From the NCBI RefSeq assembly GCF_006345805.1, contig NC_043000.1:137082001-137146000 (forward strand): a stretch of 64,000 nucleotides of DNA, read 5' to 3'. Below, in pieces: positions 14,568-26,390 of this stretch. The notes under the pieces are model-generated. The model saw only the letters and a list, made by a program, of their open reading frames with translations, did no database searches and was not told the origin of the DNA. The position numbers were made by a program, and so were the translations under genes. This DNA is from Octopus sinensis. Lineage: Eukaryota. Position 1 is the first letter of the stretch, and every line of letters begins with the position of its first letter.

Positions 14568-14830
14568 CACACACACATGCACACACATATATGTGTGTGT
14601 ATATCTATTTGTGTGTATCTTCATATCTGTGTTTATCTTTCACCACTGCTTGACAACTGGTGCTGGTGTGTTTCCATCCCAGTGACTTAACAGTTTGGCA
14701 AGGAGACCGTGAAAATAAGTAGCAGGCTTTACGAAAGAAAGTCCTGGGGTTGACATGTTTGGCTAAAACTCTTCATGGCAGTGCCTTTGCATGGCCACAG
14801 GGAGATGACCAAAACAAGTAAAATGAAAAA
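14385..14830 (+). mobile_element. Old family-A SINE
   Basis: Diverged head/core/tail with CpG decay. Confidence 0.85.
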
Positions 14831-14885
14831 AAAAAGAAATCAAAATAACCCACTGCATGGACAAATTAGTTCACAAAGTCTTTAA

Positions 14886-15089
14886 CCCTTTAGCATTTAA
14901 ACTGGCCTTATCTAGTCAAAATATTCTTCTTGTTATATATTCAAACTGACCAGATTCAGCCTCTCACACCAATCCTAAAAATATACAAGCATATCATTGA
15001 AATCTCAAAGTTTGAAGATATCTGATTAATTCAGAAAAATGGGAATCGATAAACATTACATTTGAAAGAGTAACCTGAATGCTAAAATG
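14886..15089 (+). mobile_element. piggyBac-like MITE
   Basis: TTAA|CCCTTTAGCATT ... AATGCTAAAATG|TTAA; related fragment near 52120-52265. Confidence 0.7.
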
Positions 15090-15908
15090 TTAATAAACTG
15101 TAATATGCTATTACAATAAAACTTCTTCAATTATGATATGGAAAATTTTCTCTTTTGCATATAATTTGGTTTGAGTTTTTCTCTTACATCAATCCTTTGT
15201 AAAAAAAAGAAAAAGAAAAATTAGTTTTAATCTTCAAGCTGTTCCCTTTGCATTTTCTCTTTATGCTACTGCTTTCACCTCTACTATCACCTTGAGTAGG
15301 AGTTGCGCATTGTAAAAAGTAGATCTACAGTGATAGCAACAGATATACAATTCATTTCAAAAAAGAAAGTGGGAGGAGGGGGGGGCTTATTATTTTTAAG
15401 CTTCATAGTGATGATGCATCACATTTTGAGAAGAGGAATGATGACATTATGACATACAGTTTTTTTTTTTTTCACCAAAAGCTTTAGGTCCATAAATGAA
15501 GCTGCTCATATTGTCTGTCCAAATCATTGATTTTGTTTGCAAACTGATGATTTCAATTCACATATCTGCCTTAGAAAGTTGAGTTAGATTTACAGTACAA
15601 TGCCTGCAGCTAGATATAGATTATCTTTGGTACTATAAATTTATTTACTTCCTTATTGATGAAAATTATACCATTTAAACATCTTATCATTATGAAACAT
15701 ATGCCACAGCACTTTTCAAATGTGTATGTGTGTGTTTGCTGTCTGTATTTGTACCATTTTTCAGTTCTAAACTTTTACTATGGTTTATAGCTGGGTATGA
15801 AATATATATAGATATTGATAGGAAGTTCTGAACAAATGATATTTAAGTGAAGGGATTTTGAGAGAGAAAAAAAAGTTAAGAATTGTTCTTTTCACCTTTG
15901 TTTATTAG

Positions 15909-15948
15909 GTTCTGGAATCATCTGATGACAAAGTACTCTGTGTATTGA
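15909..15948 (+). CDS. Candidate terminal exon (R)FWNHLMTKYSVY*
   Basis: TTCTTTTCACCTTTGTTTATTAG|G acceptor, short open frame. Confidence 0.2.
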
Positions 15949-16724
15949 GTCAGTGTTAAAATAGAAAAAGCTTAAAAGTAAATAGGATATGAATCATTAA
16001 AAGAATTACTTCAACTCTGTATTATAGTAATTAATAACTCACAAAGATAGGAGAAAAGAACTTTTAGATTTGGTTAAGAGTGATATAGATAAGGGGAGAG
16101 ATAGAGAGAGGAGGAGAGGATGGAAAAAACAGGCTGATAGTGACTTTTTCGGAAAAAGAGAAGAGAGCAAGAAAGAGAGAGAATAGAATGACAAAAAGGA
16201 GAAGAGATATGCAGAAAAACAATAAGATGTAGCCAGAAAAATGAACAAGGTGAAACAAGTGAAGTAGTGAGATTGCATATATATGTTGTCTACGAGTGTA
16301 TTTAAATTATTGAATTAGCTTCTATTCTCTGTGAGAAAGAGCCCGAATGGAAAGGAAATATCAGACAGGCACAATAGAAGAATAAGTACCTAGGTTAGCC
16401 TTTTCTGACTTGAAAGGTCACTGTCAACATTCAGTGATTTCTTCTGAGCAAAGTAATTTCTTTGCAGAATGTTAGAAAGTCATACATTTGTAGTCTTCTG
16501 TTATGTTTCTTTTATTTTAAATAGAAACTTAAACATTGTGGTGTGTATATATGTGTGAATGTATGTATACTGAACATATGTTACTACACACACAAATACT
16601 TGTACCAGAAACATACGGTACCTATATATATATATACATATGTATGCACATAGCCCCACTTCGATACTCAAAAGACATGTACACACTTATGGAACTTCAT
16701 TTTTTCCCAGGTATTCATTCTTTC

Positions 16725-16822
16725 CAAGTATCAAAAAGTTCCCAGACTAGATATGTTTAATAAAAAAAAACAACTTTATTTACCTAAGCTTTAACATCAT
16801 CTCCTTCAAAATAGTCACCTTG
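16725..16822 (+). mobile_element. Possible mariner-like 5' end running into the gap
   Basis: GTATCAAAAAGTTCCCAGACT and CATCATCTCCTTCAAAATAGTCACCTTG resemble mariner TIR/subterminal sequence (from memory). Confidence 0.4.
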
Positions 16823-16922
16823 NNNNNNNNNNNNNNNNNNNNNNNNNNNNNNNNNNNNNNNNNNNNNNNNNNNNNNNNNNNNNNNNNNNNNNNNNNNNNN
16901 NNNNNNNNNNNNNNNNNNNNNN
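16823..16922. other. Assembly gap (100 N)
   Basis: Run of N. Confidence 1.
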
Positions 16923-17124
16923 ACTCGAACTATCTATATACCTCTGTCTGTCTCTCTTTCTCTTCCTCTCCTTTCCCCCACTCTTTCACTGCCTGTCTAT
17001 CCATCTATCTGTCTGTCCATCTGTCTGTCTATCTGTTTGTCCATCTGTCTATCTGTTTGTCTATCTGTCTGTCACACTATCTCTCTCTCGATTTAATTGT
17101 CTATGTACCGCTGTCTGTCTATTT

Positions 17125-17460
<336 letters not shown>

Positions 17461-17844
17461 CCATCTGTCCATTCGTGTGACTAATTGTCCCCTTTTGTTT
17501 TGATTTTGTCCGACAGTCTCTCACTTCCACTACCTTCACCTATAATCACATAGTAATTCCGCTCTCGCACCTATTTACAAACACCTGCTACACACACACA
17601 AGCAGCGTAACACAAAACACCCACAAACATTTATACACAAATGTATGCACATACTGCATGCACGCATATATATATACACACACATACATACGTACATACA
17701 GATGTATACATGCATCGACTCTCTTTCTCTCTCTCTCTCCCTTTCTTTCACACACACATGCACACACACACAGACAGCAACACACATATACACGCATGTG
17801 TATTTGTGTGTGTGTACAATACACGTACAAATTGCGTATGTGTG

Positions 17845-17875
<31 letters not shown>

Positions 17876-18047
17876 CTATATAAAATGTATATATATATAC
17901 ATATATATATACATATACATACATACATGTATATATATACACATATATATACCTATATACATATATACATACATATATGTATATACACATATACATACAT
18001 ATTCATACATGTATATTATATATATAAATATATATTATATATATATG

Positions 18048-18092
<45 letters not shown>

Positions 18093-18097
<5 letters not shown>

Positions 18098-18195
18098 TAA
18101 TCCAAACAAGAAAGCAAAAAAAAAACACAACAACGCGAGGACGTGGAACAAATTATAGTATTCTTGGACGCTCAGGAAAGAAGGAAAGAAAAGAA
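18093..18195 (-). mobile_element. 3' half of HHR-bearing Penelope-like repeat (family C)
   Basis: Reverse complement of 19355-19457; embedded in (TA)n. Confidence 0.8.
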
Positions 18196-18331
18196 ATATA
18201 ATATATATATATAATATATAATAGACACGTATATTTAGGTGTGTGTATGTATTTATATATATAATACATATATATATATAAACACATACACATACCTGAA
18301 TATGCATGTATATCATCATATCCTATTCTAC

Positions 18332-18374
<43 letters not shown>

Positions 18375-18384
18375 GTATTAGCAG

Positions 18385-18525
18385 GCGCCGCTGAAGTGTA
18401 ATGGATGGGAAGACTCTCATTGCACGCAATGGCTATACTCGCTGTATCCTCTTCAAAGTCTCTCTTGCAAAGCACATTCATTCACACACTCGAGTAGTTC
18501 ATCTCTTTCTCCGCCCACCCTCAAC

Positions 18526-18557
<32 letters not shown>

Positions 18558-18750
18558 CACAAAACAAACAAAACAACAACAACAACAACAGAAAGAGCAT
18601 CAACTACAACCGCGACAACAACAACAACAAATGCCACCAGCAGTAGTAGTAATAGTAGTAGTAGTAGTAGTAGTAGTAGTAGCAGCAGCAACTCTTGTTT
18701 GTTGCTGTGTCTGCCTCCCACACTTTCGTACCACCACTCCATACACTTAA
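18385..18750 (+). CDS. Candidate terminal exon: APLKCNGWEDSHCTQWLYSLYPLQ..polyQ..AVVVIVVVVVVVVVAAATLVCCCVCLPHFRTTTPYT*
   Basis: Frame opens at TAGCAG| acceptor and stays open 121 codons; other two frames stop within 6 codons; C-terminal hydrophobic stretch is microsatellite-encoded. Confidence 0.3.
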
Positions 18751-19274
18751 GCTATTCCGATTATTTCTAATTAATAATATTTATTGTCGGTCCGTCTGTC
18801 CGTCGGTCAGTCAGTCTTTCTGCCTGCCTGTCTGCCTGCCTGTCCGTCCGTCTGTCCGCCTGTCTGACTGCTTTTCTCGTACTACCTTTGTCACTTCTAG
18901 CTGATGTTATCTCCGAGCTTTTCCAATTTCCTCCTCCGCCTTCTCTCTCTCTCTCTCTTATTTCTCTTTTTCATTATTTCTCTCTCATTCTTCCCCCCCC
19001 CGTCTCTCTCTCATTCAATCTTTCTCTCTCTTTTACATGAATATACACATATTATCTCTACATAGATATATCTATGTGTATGTGTGTATGTGTGTATGTG
19101 TGCATGTGTGCATTGTAGACATGTATATCATTATACACCATTGATATAAGTAGATCTAAATTTATTTCGACGAAGTGGATGTAGGAGTGTTATATACACA
19201 CATTCATCCATAACCGTGCATATTTACTCTTGTTGTATGCATGTATACGAGTATGTGTGTGTGTGTGTATGTAT

Positions 19275-19457
19275 ATATATTTTCCTCTGTCTTCCCTTCT
19301 CTGGATCTTTCCTTCTCCTATGTTTCCGACGAAGAGCTCCGCTCGAAACGTTAAACCCTCCTTCTTTCCTTCCTTCCTGAGCGTCCAATAATACTATATT
19401 TGTTCTACGTCCTCGCGTTGTTCTGTTTTTTTTTGTGCTTTTGTTTGGATTAACTTA
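19275..19457 (+). mobile_element. Penelope-like non-autonomous repeat with minimal HHR motif (family C)
   Basis: GTTT-CCGACGA-A-GAGC-TCC-GCTC-GAAACGTT-AAAC at 19322-19356; ends in (TA)n. Confidence 0.7.
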
Positions 19458-19459
19458 TA

Positions 19460-19492
<33 letters not shown>

Positions 19493-19675
19493 AAACTTAC
19501 TTCGAAAAAGATGCGTGGTGTTCGATCATATAATAATATAAATAATATAAAAATATATGCATATATACATACATATATGTACATACCTACATATACATGT
19601 ATATATACATGCATATATGGGGGTACACTTCATCAAAAAAAACGTTGAACACAATGAGAATCGAAAACATAAAAA

Positions 19676-19745
<70 letters not shown>

Positions 19746-19899
19746 ATGTGCACGTGAGTGTACATTACATATATATATTTAGGGAGAGAAATGAATAGAT
19801 ACAGAAAGAAAGAAAGAAAGAAAGAAAATATTTGATGTATGATTACAAGCAGATGAACTTGCAGGGTTTGGAGAAGGGCTGGAGAGATGCGGAACCTTA

Positions 19900-20404
19900 G
19901 CTGTTTGCAATCTAACATCGAGTTGCCGCAGTCAGTGTGTTTTGTGTCCTCAGGGTCACAATCAACGCAGCGCCCTACCCAGGAGACGTTGGAGCACTGC
20001 ATGTTTCTCTTGGTGAACAGGCTATTTGGAGATGATCAATATCTTCTTCCATCAACATCTGGTACCTGTATACATTATGAAAGCAATTATTGTCTGGTTT
20101 GCTGATCATCACATCACGGTACTTCTTTGGTCAGGCATTTCACCTGACCTAACTCCATCCCTAAAGAGAATCTATGGTGTATAGTTAAAAAGAAGATAGC
20201 CAGTTTGCACCTTAACAATAGGCGTAGGAGTGGCTGTGTGGTAAGTACTTTGCTTACGAACGCGTGGTTCCGGGTTCAGTCCCACTGCGTGGCACTTTGG
20301 GCAAGTGTCTTTACTATAGCCTCGGGGACGACGAAAGCTTGGTGAGTGGATTTGGTAGATGGAACTGATAGAAGCCCGTCGTATATATGTATTATATATA
20401 TATG

Positions 20405-20448
<44 letters not shown>

Positions 20449-20462
20449 GATGTATATATATA

Positions 20463-20496
<34 letters not shown>

Positions 20497-20910
20497 TATA
20501 TATATATATATTATATATATAATATATAGATATATGTATGTATGTATGTATCTATGTGTGTATATGTTTCTGTGGTGTGTTTGTCACCCAACATCGCTTG
20601 ACAACAGATGCTAGTGTGTTACGTCCCCGTAACTTAGCGGTTCGGCAAAAGAGACCGATAGAATAAGTACTAGGCTTACAAAGTATAAGTCCTGGGGTCG
20701 ATTTGCCCGACTAAAGGGGGTGCTCCAGCATGGCCACAGTCAAATGGCTGAAACACGTAAAAGAGTAAAAGAAAAGGAGAGATGGCACTGAAGATTGCTA
20801 TCTAGACCACTTGAGTTTACGTCAGATGTGAACAGAGTACAAGTTTAGTTTCCTCTATGCTCACTTGCATTCAGGCAGTCATTGAAGTCAAAGGAGCTAC
20901 AATCAAGTAC
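19900..20910 (+). pseudogene. Tc1 transposase C-terminal remnant split by a SINE
   Basis: INAA/QETLEHCM..LFGDD, ENLWCIVKKK, then after the SINE SSMLTCIQAVIEVKGATIKY (cf. SMPRRIxAVIxAKGxxTKY). Confidence 0.85.
20219..20772 (+). mobile_element. Family-A SINE nested in Tc1
   Basis: Full head GGCGTAGGAGTGGCTGTGTGG, ~200 bp TA/TATG tract, tail. Confidence 0.92.
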
Positions 20911-21069
20911 AAACTGACATTCCGTCACCATCTTACAACCTTTGACAAACACTTTTGTAATGATAAACGTGTAGCCTCGCTTATCACCGATTCATGCAAC
21001 ATTGATCCGGGATAATACGATACACTCAATTGTGAACCATGTAACGTTTATCACAGATCAATCTGTGAC

Positions 21070-21400
21070 AACACGGGTTTGCGCCCCAGCGACCACCTAC
21101 AACGCTCAGCTTGCCACAATGCACTAACTGTCGCTTATGTTTACATGATTATGCTGCGAGGCCGCGTATTTTTTTAATAGGGAATTACGCACATCTACTC
21201 ATCAATATGGGGACAGATAACAGAAAAATAAGAAGGCGCCTGATCCTAATGGACAATGCAGACGAGTATATTCTTCACGGGAATGTACAGATGATTAAAA
21301 AAACAATTCGTGATGGTGGAAGTTTCATTGCTGTAGGGTGCGAATTTAGTGACAATGAATCTGCCATTCCTTCCATTTGCAAACCGTGTGGAGATGATTC
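21070..21400 (+). pseudogene. Second Tc1-like transposase remnant
   Basis: GLRP..RP, DNRKIRRR, KTIRDGGSFIAVGC (cf. TVKHGGGSIMVWGC). Confidence 0.6.
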
Positions 21401-21554
21401 ACGTATCACTGTTTTCTGTCTTTTTCCTAAAAAAAAACTTCCGTGATAAACGAAGATAGGTGCATTTTGAAAGTTCAGACATTGCGTTCTAGTATTTTGG
21501 GGCAATGAAATTTCGATGATCCACCGCAGAAACCATAAATATTGGCTTCAAATT

Positions 21555-21745
21555 TTGGTGCAAGGCCAACAATTTCGGGAGAGGAGTTAAGATGATTAAA
21601 TCAACCCTTGTGCTCAATAGGTACTTATTTCATTGACCCGAGGATGGAAGACAAAGCTCACTTCGGTGGAATTTGAACTCAGATCGTAAAAACAAACAAA
21701 ATGTCATTAAGCATTTTTCCCGGCGTGCTAATAATTCTGTCAGCA
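21555..21745 (-). mobile_element. Family-B SINE, diverged monomer
   Basis: Meta-like domain and head remnants. Confidence 0.75.
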
Positions 21746-21753
21746 TAAATATT

Positions 21754-22700
21754 TATTTCTTTATTGCCCACAGGAGGTTAAACATAGAGGGGACAGAAAA
21801 AAAAAGGATTAAGTCGATTATATCGATCCCAGTGCGTAATTGGTACCTATTCAATTGACTCCGAAAGGATGAAAGGCAAAGTCGACCTCGGCGGAATTTT
21901 ATCTCAGAACGTAACGGCAGACAAAATACCTATTTCTTTACTACCCACAAGGGGCCAAACACAGAGGGGACAAACAAGGACAGAAAAACGGATTATGTCG
22001 ATTATATCTACTCCAGTGCGTAACTGGTACTTAATTTATCGACCCGAAAGGATGAAAGGCAAAGTCGACCTGGGTGGAATTTGAACTCAGAACGTAACGG
22101 CAGATAAAATACCTATTTCTTTACTACTCACAAGGGGCTAAACGCAGAGAGGACAAACAAGGACAGACAAACAGATTAAGTTGATTATATCGACCCCTGT
22201 GCATAACTGGTACTTATTTAATCGACCCCGAAAGGATGAAAGGCAAAGTCGACCTGGGTGGAATTTGAACTCAGAACGTAACGGCAGATAGAATACCTAT
22301 TTCTTTACTACTCACAAGGGGCTAAACGCAGAGAGGACAAACAGGACAGACAAACAGATTAAGTCGATTATATCGACCCCTGTGCATAATGGTTACTCTT
22401 ATTAATCGACCCCGAAAGGATGAAAGGCAAAGTCGACCTGGGTGGAATTTGAACTCAGAACGTAACGGCAGATAAAATACCTATTTCTTTACTACTCACA
22501 AGGGGCTAAACGCAGAGAGGACAAACAAGGACAGACAAACAGATTAAGTTGATTATATCGACCCCTGTGCATAACTGGTACTTATTTAATCGACCCCGAA
22601 AGGATGAAAGGCAAAGTGGACCTCGGCGTAATTTGAACTCAGAATATAAAGGCAGACGAAATACGGCTACGCATGTCGCCCGGTGTGCTAACGATTCTGT
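21754..22700 (-). repeat. Tandem pentamer of family-B SINE (~177-184 bp units)
   Basis: Unit starts near 21754, 21931, 22114, 22298, 22482; head only on the last unit. Confidence 0.92.
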
Positions 22701-23099
22701 TCTGTCAACTTGCGCCGTCTGTCAGCATAAATATTAGCTTGTACCAACTAAATATTGGAGACTGATCAGGTTTCATTCAGTGAACCTAATACGACAGAAG
22801 TCTTAATGTTCTCATTTAGCTAATAAAAAATATCCATTTTGCATAATATTCTAATTTAACAAGATACTCCTGCGTATGGGTGTGTGAGGATGGGCGTGTG
22901 TGCGTACGCATGTATTCGTACGCGGGTGTATTCATACATACGTTTAAATATATATATATGCGTATAAATAATATCTGTATAATAATAGCCGATATAAATG
23001 TCGGTTGCTTGGTTCCTAGTAGATTTTTCCACTCATGCTTTACATCAAATAAAGAGAAGAGAGCGCGAGCGAGAGAGAGAGAGAGAGAGATGCAGAAAA

Positions 23100-23506
23100 A
23101 GTTTGGCTGTATGGTAAGTAGCTTGCTTACAAACCACATAGTTCCAGGTTCATTCCCACTGCGTAGCACTTTGGACAAGTGTCTTCTACCATAGCCTTGG
23201 GCCGACCAAAGCCTTGTGAGTGGATTTGGTAGACGGAAACTGAAAGAAGCCCGTCGTATATATACGTATATATAAGTATGTGTGTGTATATGTTTGTGTG
23301 TCTGTGTTTGTCCCCCCCCCCAACATCGCTTGACAACCGATGCTGGTGTGTTTACGTCCCCGCAACTTAGCGGTTCGGCAAGAGTAACCGATAGAATAAG
23401 TACTAGGCTTCCAAAGAGTAAGTCCTGGGGTCGATTTGCTCGACTAAAGGCGGTGCTCCATTATGGCCGCAGTCGCAGTCAAATGACTGAAACAAGGAAA
23501 AGAGTA
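23100..23506 (+). mobile_element. Family-A SINE
   Basis: Head/core/tail. Confidence 0.9.
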
Positions 23507-24054
23507 TTAGGTTACATGTTACCAGTAGTACTAAGAATGACCCCCCATCTCTCTCTCACTCACATACGTTATCTTTTATTTCTTTCAGACGTTAGACTGC
23601 GGCCATGCTGGGGCACAGTTTTAAAAAATTTTAGTTGAACGAATCGATCTCAGAACTTATTATTATTATTATTAATTTTTGTTCTCGTGCCTGTTACTTA
23701 TTCCGAACTACTACGTTACTGGGACGTAAACACACCAACGCTGGTTGTCAAGCAGTGGTAGGGGCAAACACAGACAGAAAGACACACACGCACACACACA
23801 TACACACACACATACACACACACACATACATACGACGGGTTTCTTTCAGTTTCCATCTACCAAATCTAAATCTACTTACCCAAAGCATCAGTAGTTATTA
23901 CTGAGACCTCGATTTTTGAAGGGGAAACTTATGAACTAAAACTTGCGTACCTTAAACTTGTTAAGTACTTCTGGCTGTATATTTTTGATAAAACTTAGAT
24001 TTGTTTCGACCAAAGATTGGTCCAGGCCATGTCTAACTTTACTTTGATATTTGC

Positions 24055-24433
24055 TTTACTCTTTTATTCTTTTACTTATTTCAGTCATGTGACTGTGGCC
24101 ATCCTGGAGCACCGCATTTAGTCGAGCAAACTGACCCCAGGACTTATTCTTTGTAAGCCTAGTACTTATTCTATCGGTCTTTTTTGCCGAACCGCTAAGT
24201 TAAAGGGATGTAAATACACCAGCATCGGTTGTCAAGCGATGTTGGGGAGACAAACATATATACATATATATACGACTGGCTTTTTTCAGTTTCCGTCTAC
24301 CAAATCCACTCACAAGGCTTTGGTCGGTCCGAGGCTATAGTAGAAGACACTTGCCCAAGGTGCCACGCAGTGGGACTGAACCCGGAACCATTTGATTGGT
24401 AAGTAAGCTACTTACCACACAGCCACTCCTACG
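24055..24433 (-). mobile_element. Family-A SINE, full
   Basis: Head/core/tail. Confidence 0.92.
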
Positions 24434-24563
24434 CTTTGATAATTAATTTTTGACTTGTATTTCATTATGTCTCACGATACTCCATCCGTCTTCTATTATA
24501 CTCCAGATCACTTCATTTTAATAGTTAAAACGTGTCACAGTCCACCTGAATTGGACTGACGTC

Positions 24564-25138
24564 GGATCTTTTCCTTTTGAACAGCAGACAATTTCTAGTT
24601 AACTAAACACTTTAAAACTTCGTATACTGGTAGAATGTGTCAAAATAAAACATTTTTTTCTCTTGGCATTCTTGAGAAAATTGTAATTTGTTTGTTTAAC
24701 GTAGTTTAATTTTTCGAATTTTAACCAATCCTATGCTCTCTTTTGAGCTAAAATCATTTGCTACGTGTAAAACTGAGATAACATCCTGTAACTAACCCTA
24801 AACATCCCCCCTAACCCTAAACCTAAATTTTTTTTTCTTAATTGTTAAATTAATTTAATTGTTACGCGTGTAAAAAAACTAAAGCAATGGAATTAAATTA
24901 ATTTAACAATTAACAAAAAAAATTAGGGTTAGGGGGGGAGGTTTAGGGTTAGTTACAGGATGTTGTCTCAGTTTTAGACGTAGCAAATGATTTTAGTTGA
25001 ATGGAGGTAATCGATTGGTTAAAATTGCCGAAATGCTCGGATTTTCAGACGAAATATCTTACAAACTATAGAATTTTCTCAATAAAACCAAGAGAAAATG
25101 ATGTTTTATAAACACATTCTACCAAAAGGAAAGGATCC
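24564..25138. mobile_element. Palindromic MITE with GGATC termini and 8-bp TSD (Merlin-like)
   Basis: TSD CTGACGTC at 24556-24563 and 25139-25146; long internal inverted arms around ~24865-24895. Confidence 0.85.
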
Positions 25139-25173
25139 CTGACGTCACCTAAATAGTATCTACAACAATGTAC

Positions 25174-25321
25174 CTGATTCTTAACGTCTTTGGTGTTTTT
25201 TCTGCTTTTCTGCTGACTACTGCCTGACGCCTTAAATGTATTATGAAGCCTGAAGATGACGACCAGGGAATCATATACTCCTTATATTCTATCGTGGTAT
25301 CATTTACTTTTCCTGTCGTTC
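25174..25321 (-). CDS. Candidate exon (G)TTGKVNDTTIEYKEYMIPWSSSSGFIIHLRRQAVVSRKAEKTPKTLRI(R)
   Basis: TTATTTTGGAG| acceptor (weak GAG), AG|GTACAT donor, 148 nt open, phase 1-2. Confidence 0.4.
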
Positions 25322-25729
25322 CTCCAAAATAACACACACAAATACACATATAAATACACGCATGCAAACACACAGGCTGGAACAAACAGACAGACTCACA
25401 CACATACACACACGTTTACTCAGAGGTGTATGTGAGTGCGTGTCTGTATAGAGAAAAAATATAGATGTATAGATGTAGATTAATACACACACATACACAC
25501 ACACACAAACACACACACACACACACACACATTTATAGCAATTTCTGACTATAACACTTTGACCCAACGAAAAGAACTTTGTGATCATGTGAATTACAAG
25601 AAAGAGTAGATAGCCCCTCCCCTCAAATTACATCCTATTGTCTGCAAAGGGACCACATATCGAATAATGTGGTCCTGGATATATACATATACATAAATAC
25701 GTATGTGTGCACGCGTGCATATACATATA

Positions 25730-25900
25730 TATATATATATATACACACACAAAAAAAAATACATATGTATACGTCTGTGTATGTATATATATAAACACAT
25801 ACATACATAATATAATATTATATATATATATATATATGAAATAATATAATATAATGTAATATAAATAGCGGCGTACGTATACCTTTTGCTCATCTTGTAC

Positions 25901-25938
<38 letters not shown>

Positions 25939-26135
25939 AATATGTATATATATTATATATCTATATATATATATGTATATATATATATGTATATATATAT
26001 GTATATAATATATATGTATATATATGTATATATATATGTATATATATATATGTATATGTATATATATATGTATATTATATATATATATATATGTATGTAT
26101 ATATATATATATGTATGTATATATATATATGTATG

Positions 26136-26167
<32 letters not shown>

Positions 26168-26390
26168 GGTGTGTTGTGTGGGTGTGTGTATTATATATAT
26201 ATATATATATGTATGTATATAATTTTGTGTATGAGAAAAAATTTTGTTTTTAGACGTGCTGTATTCTTGAGTTTATAAATATGCATATACATATGAACAC
26301 ACGCACATACACGCACGCACGCATACACACACACACACACACTCACGCACACGCACATACACACATACAAACACACGCACACATATACTA
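25730..26390. repeat. (TA)n/(TATG)n/(TG)n/(CA)n compound microsatellite
   Basis: Direct observation. Confidence 0.97.

Noticed and set aside
21754-22700. CRISPR-like appearance of the regular array (and of the 12-mer at 56046)
   Set aside because: No unique spacers, no cas genes, eukaryotic SINE sequence
24790-24950. Telomere-like CCCTAA/TTAGGG runs (also ~36410)
   Set aside because: Only 2-3 imperfect units, internal to the MITE family
18391-25290. LKC-x12-YSLY similarity between plus frames at 18391 and ~25233
   Set aside because: The 25 kb frame is closed by stops and is antisense to a better exon; compatible with chance
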